Shown: positions 11,677-23,240 of the stretch, one piece after another
How the letters are laid out: every line of letters starts with the position of its first letter
Numbering within the stretch: the first letter of the stretch is position 1
Assembly: GCF_001194135.2 (NCBI RefSeq)
Contig: NC_068984.1
Coordinates: forward strand, 28,431,861-28,495,860
DNA length: 64,000 nucleotides
Direction: 5' to 3'
Origin: Octopus bimaculoides
Lineage: Eukaryota
Program-made: the position numbers and the translations under genes
The notes under the pieces: model-generated
The model's database searches: none
What the model saw: the letters and a program-made list of their open reading frames with translations, nothing else
What the model was told of the DNA's origin: nothing

Positions 11677-11997
11677 ATATATTGTATAAAAGATCGTGGG
11701 TAAGGCCAAAACAATGCTAAGTATATGCAAGGTAAGTCACAAGAAAACAAATATGTGAATTAATGTTGACTTACCTTGCATTCAGTATTTCAGGGTTATG
11801 ACCACATTTTCAAGAAATTGACGAATGTTGCCAATGCACATCGGCAACATCATCAACTTCTTGAAAATGGGGTCATAACCCCGAAATATTGAATGCAAGG
11901 TAAGTCTACATTAATTCACATATTTGTTTTCTTGTGATTTACCTTGCATTTATTTCACATTGTTTTGGCCTTACCCACAATCTTTTAAACAATATAT
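11677..11997. mobile_element. Fold-back (MITE-like) palindrome with nested inverted repeats
   Basis: ~155-bp arms (11677-11832 / 11843-11997), 10-nt spacer aatgcacatc; each arm holds its own tgcaaggtaagtca/tgacttaccttgca inverted pair. Confidence 0.8.
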
Positions 11998-12027
11998 ATA
12001 TACATTTGTGTGTATATACATCTATAT

Positions 12028-12065
<38 letters not shown>

Positions 12066-13012
12066 TCTTAAGCTATTATTTCCCTTATCATCTAATTATT
12101 AAACCATGGCAAGGAACAACAATAGTGAGAAACAGAGAGCTTAGTTCCATATAGTTACATTGACCAAATTTCATCCTCTCTCCTTCCCTTTTCTTTTCTT
12201 CTTTCGTTCCTCCTGCCTTCCTCTCTCCATTCATTTAAGCACTTGATGTGTTGGACTCCAACAATGATAGCATCCTAACAGTCTTTCACTAGATTTTCAA
12301 TCGATCAATCCACCGATTGAGAAAACTAAACCCTGACAGCACTCAAAATCCTAAACAGAAACAGCTGTAAGTCTATAATGCACAGAAAAATATACAAATC
12401 CCATTATTTATGCCTTTTCCTTATATATGATACTGTGAAAAATACCATATTAACTTGGAAATGCAACCATGAATTTACAAAGTTGATTGGAGATAGACTT
12501 CAACTTGGACCTTTTGTTAGTCTGGTGTATATGTATCAGCAAAGAGCTTTAGAAGTATTTTGCCAGATTACAATCCATTACTAATAACTCTTTATATATA
12601 TATATATATATANNNNNNNNNNNNNNNNNNNNNNNNNNNNNNNNNNNNNNNNNNNNNNNNNNNNNNNNNNNNNNNNNNNNNNNNNNNNNNNNNNNNNNNN
12701 NNNNNNNNNNNNNNNNNNNNNNNNNNNNNNNNNNNNNNNNNNNNNNNNNNNNNNNNNNNNNNNNNNNNNNNNNNNNNNNNNNNNNNNNNNNNNNNNNNNN
12801 NNNNNNNNNNNNNNNNNNNNNNNNNNNNNNNNNNNNNNNNNNNNNNNNNNNNNNNNNNNNNNNNNNNNNNNNNNNNNNNNNNNNNNNNNNNNNNNNNNNN
12901 NNNNNNNNNNNNNNNNNNNNNNNNNNNNNNNNNNNNNNNNNNNNNNNNNNNNNNNNNNNNNNNNNNNNNNNNNNNNNNNNNNNNNNNNNNNNNNNNNNNN
13001 NNNNNNNNNNGC

Positions 13013-13059
13013 TCTGCATTGACAAGGGGCAACACCCTGAAACTAGTCTAGTCTGCAGA
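13013..13059 (+). ncRNA. Type I hammerhead ribozyme fold (two core substitutions)
   Basis: Stem I TCTGCA(13013-18)/TGCAGA(13054-59); core TTGACAA (canonical CTGANGA); stem II GGGG/CCCT with CAACA loop; GAAA; stem III ACTAG-t-CTAGT; cleavage triplet GTC at 13051-53. Confidence 0.65.
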
Positions 13060-13281
13060 TGCCAAACCAGCAAGGGGAAGCTGCTGACCTCCCCTGTTCG
13101 AAGGTTATAAAGGACACAGGTTTCGTGTGTCACATAGCTAGCTAGAGGCGATGACTTCTTGGAGCTAATTCACGGCAGCTTTCATCCTAATTTTGGGACT
13201 GCCATGTTGGCTTGGCGATAACTATTAATTTCCAGTACCGCCGCCGTAGTCTCCTTCAGAGAGACTTAGAAATATTAATAA

Positions 13282-13346
<65 letters not shown>

Positions 13347-14177
13347 AATACGCACACACACACACATATGTATATTTTTTATATCTTAAAAATTTTTTGA
13401 AACTTTCAAGAGAATGTGAACTAATTTCTTTCAGGTATATCACATTATACACACATAGAGCTATAAATAATAGCATGTATTTTTTTAACTTTTTCTATCC
13501 CAAATGGTTTACAACACAATAATTACATGCTATGTAAACATCGGGTTGTAAAACCATTTATGTGTGTGCTATGAGATATTCCAATAAAGAATTACTTAAT
13601 ACATATTTGTGTGTATATGTATATATATATATACACACACACATATATATAGTCATACATACATACATATATATATATATATGCACACACATATAAACAT
13701 CTGCATACATATGCACACATGCACATACAAACACACACACACACACACACACACTCAAATCTATATATGCATGAATATGTATATATAAGCAAAGGCATAG
13801 CTATGCGAGTTCACTTTGTTATGATATAATTGCAAGTTTTATCTTACTGGGAGCAATTTTGGGCAATTATCTTCTGTCATAGCCTCTGGCCAACCAATAC
13901 TTTTTGAGTGAAATTAATAGACAGACAGTGACTAGAGACCCATCATATATAAATGTGTGTGTAAGTATGTGTGTCTCTCTCAGTGTATCTATGTCTGTAC
14001 CAGTGCATATGTGTATTCTTTCAGTGTCTCTGCAGTGTTAAATAAAAAATTGTGACATTTGTTCCCATTCCCTGTTAAAGTTTTGGCATTCAGGTTGTGC
14101 ACTTTCAAAAACAAGTGGTGTAAAATGTCCTCTATTTTACTGAAAAAGCAAATAGGGCCCAACAATAGAAAAGGCAT

Positions 14178-16027
14178 ATCGCTGTACTTGTCCGAATGGA
14201 TGATGGTACACTTGCACTAAACAAGGCTGCAAAGATAGAGGTTTGGAGACGCCACTATGAAAAGTTGCTCAATAAAGAGAATGAATGGGAGAAAGACAGT
14301 CTGCCGAAGGTCGACCCAACAGAAGGACCAGCTATCCGAGTTGACAGTACCATGGTAGATAAAGCAATTAAGAGTGTGAAGACAGGGAAAGCCCCCGGAC
14401 CATCAGGAATCACTGCAGAGATGCTCAAAATATCTGGCAGTGTCGGCTATAGCTTAGTCACTCATATTGTTAACCAGGTGATACACGAAGGAGTCATACC
14501 CAATGACTGGTGTAACAGCACAATAGTCAACTGTTACAAAGGTAAAGGAGACTCTTTAGATACAAATAATTACAGAGGTATCAAGTTGTTAGATCAGGTA
14601 ATGAAAGTCATGAAGAGGGTCATAGCCCAACTAATTAGTGAGAGAGTCAGTTTAGAGGAGATGTAGTTTGGGTTCATGTCAGGGAAAAACACTACTGATG
14701 CTATATTCCTGGTAAGACAGCTGCAGGAGAAATACCTAGCCAAAAATAAACCTCTGTACCTGGCTTTTGTAGACATGGAGAAAGCCTTTGGCAGGGTCCC
14801 TCGATCCCTTATCTGGTGGTCAATGACAAAACTAGGGATAGAAGAATGGTTAGTGAGAGCTGTGCGAGCCATGTACAGAGATGCTGTCAGTAAGGTGAGG
14901 GTTGGCAACAAGTACAGTGAAGAATTCCGAGAAGAGGTAGGGGTTTACCAAGGTTCAGTTCTCAGCCCCCTCCTATTTATCATAGTCCTTCAGGCAATAA
15001 CAGGAATTCAAGACAGGATGCCCCTAGGAGCTCCTCTATGCTGATGACCTTGCCCTAATTGCTGAGTCACTATCAGAACTAGAGAAGTTTCAGGTGTGGA
15101 ACCAAGGACTAGAATCGAAAGGCCTTAGAGTCAACCTAGCTAAAACCAAAGTTCTAATAAGTAGGAAGGTAGACAAAACACAAGCCCCTTCAGGTAGATG
15201 GCCCTGCTTGATCTGTAGAAAAGGCGTAGGTAGAAACTCTAAAAGATGCATCCATTGAAAGCTATGGACACATAAGAGGTGCAGCAATATCAAAGGAAGG
15301 CTAACTAGGAAGTTAGTTTTTGTATGTGGCAGATGTCAGGAGCAATAAACACTGAAAATGTGCAGGAAAAAACTTCTACCACATTCCAGGGAGAAAAACT
15401 AGAAGTGGTTGACAGCTTACGGTATATAGGTGACCAAGTTAGTAGTGGGGGAGAGTACACTGAATGTGTAGCTGCTAGAATAAGAATAGCCTGGGCAAAG
15501 TTCGGAGAGCTCTTACCTCTGCTGGTGACAAAGGGCCTCTCGCTCAGAGTAAATGACAGATTGTATGACGCATGTGTACGAACAGCCATGCTACATGGCA
15601 GTGAAACATGGTCCGTAACTGCTGAGGACATGCGTAAGCTCACAAGGAATGATGCCAGTAGGCTCCGATGGATGTGTAATGTCAGTGTGCATACTCAACA
15701 AAGTGTAAGTACGTTAAGTCAAAAGTTGAACCTAAGAAGCATCAGTTGTGGTGTGCAAGAGCGACGATAGAGAGAGAGAGAGAGCTGTCTGGCTTCCGTG
15801 CTAGTGGCCCGTAAATAGCACCGTTTGAGCATAATCGTTACCAGCGTTGCCTTCTAGCACTTTTGCTGGTGGCACGTTAGAAAATCATTCGAGCGAGGTC
15901 GTTTCCAGTGCCACTGGACTCGCTCCCGTGCAGGCGGCACGTAAAATACACCTTTTTGAACGTGGCCGTTACCAGTACCGTGTGACTCGCCCTCGTGCTG
16001 GTGGCACGTAAAAGCACCCACTACACA
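14178..16027 (+). mobile_element. RTE-clade LINE, 5'-truncated, with stops and frameshifts
   Basis: RT motifs NYRGIKLL, LAFVDMEKAF, QGSVLSPLLF, YADD (tatgctgatgac ~15037-15048), LHGSETW. The ORF2 C-terminus is replaced by (GA)n at ~15770; the 3' UTR carries ggtggcacgtaaaa repeats. Confidence 0.93.
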
Positions 16028-16199
16028 TAGCAACAGTTCACTCCAGCTTGCAATATAATTGCATTTATGTATGTGTGTTTGTATATACAGGGTATGGGAG
16101 GTATCTGATGACATATTTAATAATTTAATGAAACAACTCAAATCTAACAAAAACCAAATGCATTTCATTGTGTACATATTCTTGACAAACTTTTTATAA

Positions 16200-16950
16200 G
16201 ATTATTTTATGATGACTGCTTCAGTGTGGGACTGGAATCATTGGTATAGCTGTACTAACTGGTCTTTATTCATTTCGGACATCATCTGGACAACAGCATC
16301 CTTCAGTGAAGCAGTGCAAATGTTGATTACTCTTTTTTAAACTTAGCAGCCCATGGAGGCCACAAGTTTAGTATAACATAATTACATATATTGTGTGACG
16401 TCCATGTTTGGGTTACGTGGTTTTTTACAGAAGCATTTATGTGTTAATTGTGCAATTTGTAAACAGGTCCCTTTTCCTCACTCTTTTTCTAATTGTCAAG
16501 GACTAAGTTTTCCCCTGGATATAGAATATTCTAATTTGAAATTCTCAATCATCTGGAAGACAATCTATGTAATGACATCCCTCTTCAGGAGTAATTGAAA
16601 TTTTATAGGAATTTGAAATGTATGGGAATCTAAGCTATTTCTCTTTAATATGAACTCTTGTTTCATGTGAGTTCTAGTAAGAGGGGTTCTTCAGAAATAT
16701 CTCACAGGTATGTTGTTTACATAACTCTAATTGGGCAAAGAAATTAGAATAATAGTTAATCAGGTAGATCATTGTTTACTGTAACTCTAATATCTGAAGC
16801 ATGCTAAACTCAGAGAATTTATTATTTTGGTCGTTGGTTGAGGTTGTTGTTCTTATATTTACAGTTTGCTGATTCTGTTTCTAACAATTCATGATATCAG
16901 TCTGTAGGCTGGGTTTACTGAATGACATCAATCGTAATTATTGTTGTATA
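16200..16950 (-). mobile_element. Highly decayed Penelope-like relic
   Basis: Fragments RFPYISN, KGPVYKL and a degenerate CTGAAGG...GAAA motif at ~16265-16310 on the minus strand. Confidence 0.35.
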
Positions 16951-17300
16951 TTTAAAAGGGAGGTTATTTTAAATGAAGGTAATCACATCACTGAAAATTA
17001 GATTCCTGTTTAAGATACTGGTTACATTATTTATAGCATAAGTTTAAGGCTGGCACAATTGTTAGTATGCTGGACAAAATGCAAAGAAGCATTTCATCTG
17101 TCTCAATATTCTGAGTTCAAATATCACTGAAGTTGACTTTACTTTTCATCTTTACAGGGTCAATAAAATAAGTACTAGCTTATCACTGGGTTCAAAGTAA
17201 TCAACTAGCTCCTTTCCATAAAATTTCAGGCCTTGTGTCTGTAATAGAAAGTATTATTTATATCATAAGTGATTGTTTTAGCAATCCTTATTGGAGCTTT

Positions 17301-17512
17301 AAGGCAGCGAGCTGGCAGAAATGTTAGCACGCTGGGCGAAATGCTTAGCAGTATTTCTCTTTACATTCTGAGTTCAAATTCTGCCGTGGTCAACTTTGCC
17401 TTTCATCCTTTCAGGGTCGATAAATTAAGTATCAGTTTTGTACTGGGGTCAATTTAATTGACTGGCCCCCTTCCCACAAAATTTCGGGTCTTGTACCTAG
17501 AGGAGAAAAAAA
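17301..17512 (+). mobile_element. SINE family B (an older copy lies at ~17046-17250)
   Basis: aaggcagcgagctggcagaaatgttagcacgctgggcgaaatgcttagc...gagttcaaattctgccgtggtcaactttgcctttcatcc. Confidence 0.85.
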
Positions 17513-18859
17513 ATCCTGGTAGAAGCTTTTCTTCCTTTGGCCCTTGTGCCGGTGACACTTAAAAGCACCCACTACACTCTCAGAGTGGTTGGCGTTAGGA
17601 AGGGCATCCAGCTGTAGAAACTCTGCCAGATCAAATTGAAGCCAGGTGCAGCCAACTGGTTCGCCAGTCTTCAGTCAAATCATCCAACCCATGCCAGCAT
17701 GGAAAACGGATGTTAAACGATGACGATTTTCTCAGAGAAAAATAGAGATTGATCCAATAAAGTGGAAGCAACAGATAATAAAATGTCTCATAATAAAGAG
17801 TAAACAATATAGACATATATTGTTCTGTAAATTAATTTAAATCAATAATTAGTTTGTGATTTTACAAGGTATATCTTGTTTCTCTTTTAAGAAACTCACT
17901 ATGATTATTTGGGAACTTCAGTTGACTTCACTGTATCTTTTATTACTATTTAAATCAGTCAATATTGCATTTCATTTCATCAACAAATACATTTCAATGT
18001 TATTTTTTACTGAGAATTGATAACATTTATTCCAGTGTTTTAAAAGAATTGGATTAACTGTAAACATTCTTCTTCCATGTATTTCTTTCCTCTGATGACA
18101 ACCAATAATTTCAGTTGTTTCTCTTAACCACCAAAATATAATGCAGTTCATATAACTTGTATCGTATCATTCTTTCTTTGCACAGTCAATCCATATTCAA
18201 TGCCATCATGTTGATTGATATATTATTTTTTTCTAGAAAAAAAAATATATATATAAGACAGTGTGATATGGTATTTAATAAGAGTGGATAACAAATGCTA
18301 ATATTTAGGAACCAATCACCTTTTAATTAAATGTTAATTTTCAAAGGAAACACTAAAGCTTAACTAGGTATCAATTAGGTACCTGTATTTAAGCAGAGAT
18401 TTTTTCCAAATATATTTTTGGATTAACACTGTCGTTTACTATTTTCTTTAATTTCATGATAAAATCCATAAAATAAAGCATAAACAGACATTTGAATTTA
18501 TAGTTTTCAAGCGTAAATTGACCTTTCTCTGATTGGGCCATTAAAATCTTATCATTAGAATAACAAATGCATGTGAAATCTAATTTCTGATGATTGTGTG
18601 TGCAAATCAACACACACACACACACATGCTAACACAAAGAAATTTTATTGGTTACAAATTGAAGGAAAAGTACTCAGTATTGGAGATACCACTTCACTAT
18701 TTTCCATCTCCCAATCATAAGATCGCTCTTCTGCTTCTTGGTATCATGCAGAACACTGCCTCTGGTCATGAATACTGTAGTCATAATCATATAACGGCAC
18801 CCTACAAACCAACATTCTACCTTCCTACATTGTATATCACAATAAAACAATTACATTTA

Positions 18860-19696
18860 CAAGGTGTATTCCAGAAGTTTTCAAACATCTATTGATTTTA
18901 AAGAAGTACAAAACTATAAACTTGATACACTTTGTAAAGACCCCATGGAAGTCTTTCAAAGTGAAAGTATCCAGGACACTTGTCACACCCTTCTCATCTT
19001 CTCAATGTCTTCAAAACAACTGCCCCTGAAGTCCTCGCCAAAAGTCACAGGGAGCAAGGTCTGGGCTGTAGGGAAAGATGAGGGACAGTTTTGGTACCCA
19101 TCTCTGTCAAGTAGCTGGTTACAAGAATGCATGCCACTGAGCACCCTGGAAACAAACTGTGCATAACTTATGCATGTATTTAGATCTTCAAGAATAATAC
19201 TGTGAATAGTTGCCATACCAACTCCAAACTTATTGCCTTCATAAGCATAGAACGGTTTTCATTCAGAAATTTTTGAAATTTTTCAACCAGCTCTGATGCT
19301 CTGACACCCTTCTCACTCCCACATCTCCCATCGTCTTTCACCTCCTCGATACTGACCTTGAAGATCTTGAGCCATTAAAAAAGTTATTCCATAAGTAATC
19401 TGGAGTATTTCATTAGTTTCTGTGGTATTTTTGCCCAGATTACCACAAAAATTTATTGCACAGTGAGCTATCAAACATCCTGGCTGCATTCTGCAAAGTA
19501 GTCAGCTGTGATAAGCAGTGTTTAACAGGGTTTATTCAAAGTGCTGTTACAATTGTCTCCTTCAGTTTTTAATATCAAAAGTTGGCAGATCAGTTTATTA
19601 GATGTATGGTAACAATATGCTAAAATTATAATAATCTAAGACACTTACAACTGTAGCTCTTAAAAAAAATTCTCAAACCTTCTGCAATGCACCACA
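18860..19696 (-). mobile_element. Internally deleted mariner transposon
   Basis: Minus strand YSPDLAPCDFW (~19047-19079). Decayed TIRs caaggtgtattccagaagtttt and (rc) tgtggtgcattgcagaaggttt, each flanked by TA. Confidence 0.75.
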
Positions 19697-20305
19697 TATG
19701 TGTGTAGGTATGTAGCTGTATATATTTGTATGTATACATATGTGTATATGAGTCTGTGTTTGTGCATGTATTTGTACATAATTGAGTATATATTTATATA
19801 TATATATATATATGAATGCATGTATTTGTACATAATTGAGTTTATATTTATATATATATATATGAATGCATGTATATCTGTATATGTGTACGCTTGAGTT
19901 TGTGTGAGTGCATATATGTGTATATCCGTATAAATCTGTCATGTAATAAAAGATTCATAGAATCATGTGGCTATTGCAGAAAACACCTCTAAAAGACTCA
20001 GCTAAAAGACCACATAGTAATCCAATACAGAGAAGTTTAATGCAGAGTTCCATGCAACTGAAATGCAGAAGATCCGATTGATGAAATTATTTCATGAGGA
20101 ATGCTGTAGTCCTAAAGATGTCAAGTGGTTAAATAGCTATATTCACTTCCCATACTTCCTAACTTTTTTATGATTTATATGAACTTATAAAGATCCCAGG
20201 TTCATTCCCACATTTCAGCATCCAGTGACTGGTTTGCTTTTTAACAGCAATGCCCCAACATGGCCACAGCTTTTAGCTGAAATCTATAAAAGAATAAGAG
20301 AGGAT

Positions 20306-20573
20306 AGGCACAGGTGTGGCTGCGTGGTAAGAAGCTTGCTTCCCAACCACATGGTTTTGGGATCAGTTCTATTGCATGGCACCTTGGGTAAGTGTCTTTT
20401 ACTACAGCCTCAGGTCGACCAAAGCCTTGAGAGTGGATTTGGTAGACAGAAACTGAATGAAGCCCGTTGTATATATCTATCTATCAATGTGTATGTGTGC
20501 ATGCATGCACGTGTGTCCTTGTTTTTGTGTTTGTCCACCACTTCTGCTTGACAACCGGTGTTGGTGTATTTAT
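20306..20573 (+). mobile_element. SINE family A, 3'-truncated
   Basis: Head and core present; homology stops abruptly after ttggtgtatttat. Confidence 0.85.
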
Positions 20574-21699
20574 AGAGGCCTGATCCAGATGCTCACAACA
20601 AAATAAACTCTGCCAAAAGTACCCAAGGGCCAGATAGTGGTGTTTAGCATGTTAGCGTGGTATACTTACCTAAAAAAGGATTTCTATGCTCTATTATTAA
20701 ACACTATTAACTATTACTCTGCTCCTTTCATCTGATGAATTTAATTCTATTTTACATATTCTTTCTTATTGTATCATCTTATGTTTCTACTCTTGTTTCA
20801 GCACGTTCCATTTGTGTAAACTCATGTCAAATTTATTTGTCCCCTGCCTACCTCATAATTTTTCTTCTCTTGGGTTCTTTCTTTTGTTATGCAGCAAAGT
20901 CGAATGAGGTCATCCAGAGATTTCTCTTATCACATTCAGATACACACAAGCATAGTAGATATGATTTCAGCCTCAATGTAGTCTTTCTTTATACCTTTCC
21001 GGTATTGTTATGAATACATACTTTAATTTCAAACAACTTAGCTACAAACAAAACTTTGGACTACCCATGGGTTTAAGGCCTACTTGCCATAACATTCCTG
21101 GATGTTCTGGATAGTCGAGGGCTCAAAACATGCCTTTCTTAATTTTTTTTTTTTTATAAAGTATGCCGATAATATGTATTTTCATACATTCCAACACAGA
21201 AGATAACTCCATCTTTGATTCATTCAAAACACAGATTTTACTATTGAATACACGATGAAGCAGGAGCTCTCCTACTATTTTGTACATGAAATTTCAGAAG
21301 ATATATCCACAAATGGTTTCAAGGGATATATAATCCTGGTGTTTTCCGTGGTTTAATTCTTAGATCAGTTCTCAATACTGGCTAGCCACAACAAATGTTG
21401 GTGATACTCAAGTTAGTGAAAATTCACTAGTCTCGATTACTATCCTTGCTTGGTAAATCTGAATGTCCTGATAGGGACTGCATAGTTCCTGCAGAGAAAA
21501 TAATGAAATTAATGAAGATCAGATGAATAGAGATTTGCATATCCATATTTCATTATTCAGTTATTTACATCGATCTTTACAAGATCCTGATCTTCACTAG
21601 TTTCACTATCTCTAATACATTAAAAGTCAGTTTGAATCTCGCTTGCTTTCTTGCAATGTTACCCAGCCAAACTGGAGTATAATGGGAAAATACTATGAA

Positions 21700-21992
21700 T
21701 TAACTTTACCCTGAAATGTTAATACAAACAGAATGAAACAAGTTTCACATAAATTAGAGCAGTAGTTATTGAAATATTTGTGGTTTGGGGGTATAAATAC
21801 CCAAAATGGTGCATAATGGGAAAATGTTCCGAATTTAACTTCATCCTGAAAGGGAAGAAACTCTAACCTTTCGATGTCACATTCGTTGAAAGCATGCAAA
21901 ATAACTTGGAAAAGAAAAAACCCACGAAACAAAACACTGTTGCTAGGAGACTTAGAGTTTCCCAGTGACCGAACGGGTCACAGGTAGTCTAG
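21700..21992 (+). mobile_element. Helitron-like 3' terminus
   Basis: Hairpin GTGACC-gaacg-GGTCAC (21965-21981), then 7 nt, then CTAG (21989-92) followed by T. 5' limit unknown. Confidence 0.55.
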
Positions 21993-22089
21993 TATATACA
22001 TATATAACCTGATACAACAGCAAGGAATCAATAAGAAAAGTTATTTTATAGAAAAATATAAACCAAGATTAAATCATTAACCAAATACC

Positions 22090-22402
22090 ACTTCAACATT
22101 CACCCAAATCAAGCTGTTCCCACTTGTAACACAATCTTGTGTTGGGTGAATGCACTTCATACATCAGGTACACTAGTGAATAGGAGACTGGTGGGGGTGC
22201 CACAAATGGTACAGACCCTGGAGTGCCTTCAGAATTTACATCAATGAAAACGGACCCCATGTGATGGATATTGTTTTCCACACTTAAGTTTGACAAATGC
22301 TAGTCCAATACGAACACATTCATGTCATTAAAATTTGTTTGCAGCTAAAAATTAAGGATTTGGGGAATTTTTCAAAGAACGTCCATCTTTTCTGACCCAC
22401 CC
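22090..22402 (+). mobile_element. Tc1/mariner right-end relic
   Basis: C-terminus-like YINENGPHVMDIVFHT*, then terminal ...ctgacccaccc followed by TA. Confidence 0.4.
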
Positions 22403-22960
22403 TATTATTATACATGAAGCTCTAAACTCACCAATAATAATTGTACACCTAACTGTGTGTGTGTGTGTGACCCACCAATTCATATGAAATTGTAGTCATG
22501 GCAGATACTGGTGTCACACAACTGTCACCTGTGTCGGTGGCATGTAAAAGCACCCATCACACTCTTGGAGTGGTTGGCGTTAAGAAGGGCATCTAGCTGC
22601 AGAAACCATCCCGAGTTAGACTGGAGTCTAGTGCAGCCCTTCAGCCAGCCCTGATCAAAACATTCAACCCATGCCAGCATGAACAACAAATGTTAAATGG
22701 TGATAATATATATATATATATATATATTACAAGATTCTTTCAGTTTCTGTCCATAAAAATTCATTCACATGGCTTTTGCTTAACTCAGTGCTATACTAGA
22801 AGAAACTTATCTGAGGTATTATACAGTGTAACGAAATCCAAAAGCATGAGTTTAAGCAGCAAACCTCTGAGCCCCATATCCATGCCTGCACCTATATGTG
22901 TATTTATATATGTCTAAGTAAAAGTATGTAGACTACTTATATGCATATATATATATATAT

Positions 22961-23240
22961 GTGGTGGTTGTCTACTCCTTATGCAGTGTTTGACCACCTC
23001 CTGTACCTACACCTTAGAACCATCATAGTATCTGATGTGGCTTTTTAAACCAGACAATGTTTTGAAAAGACACCCCTGTAGATTGCATGCCCGATTTGGA
23101 CCACCAACAACTAGAGATAAATTCTGATCTTTGTGGATCTTAAAATGTTTTTTGAGGCTTCCATTAGATTTGCGAACCTTCTGGCATACATTGCATTGAA
23201 AGGTGTGAACAGACATATAGGCAGAATAGTTGGAGGTTCG
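22961..23240 (-). mobile_element. 3' end of the same C2H2-finger LINE, copy 2
   Basis: ORF 23255-23007: FQCNVCQKVRKSNGSLKKHFKIH...ACNLQGCLFKTLSGLKSHIR; same 3' UTR and (TA)n end as copy 1. Confidence 0.7.

Noticed and set aside
13218-13285. Possible second hammerhead on the minus strand (CTGAAGGA...GAAATTAATA)
   Set aside because: The core has an extra base, no stem I can be formed, and the AT-only stem III pairs trivially.
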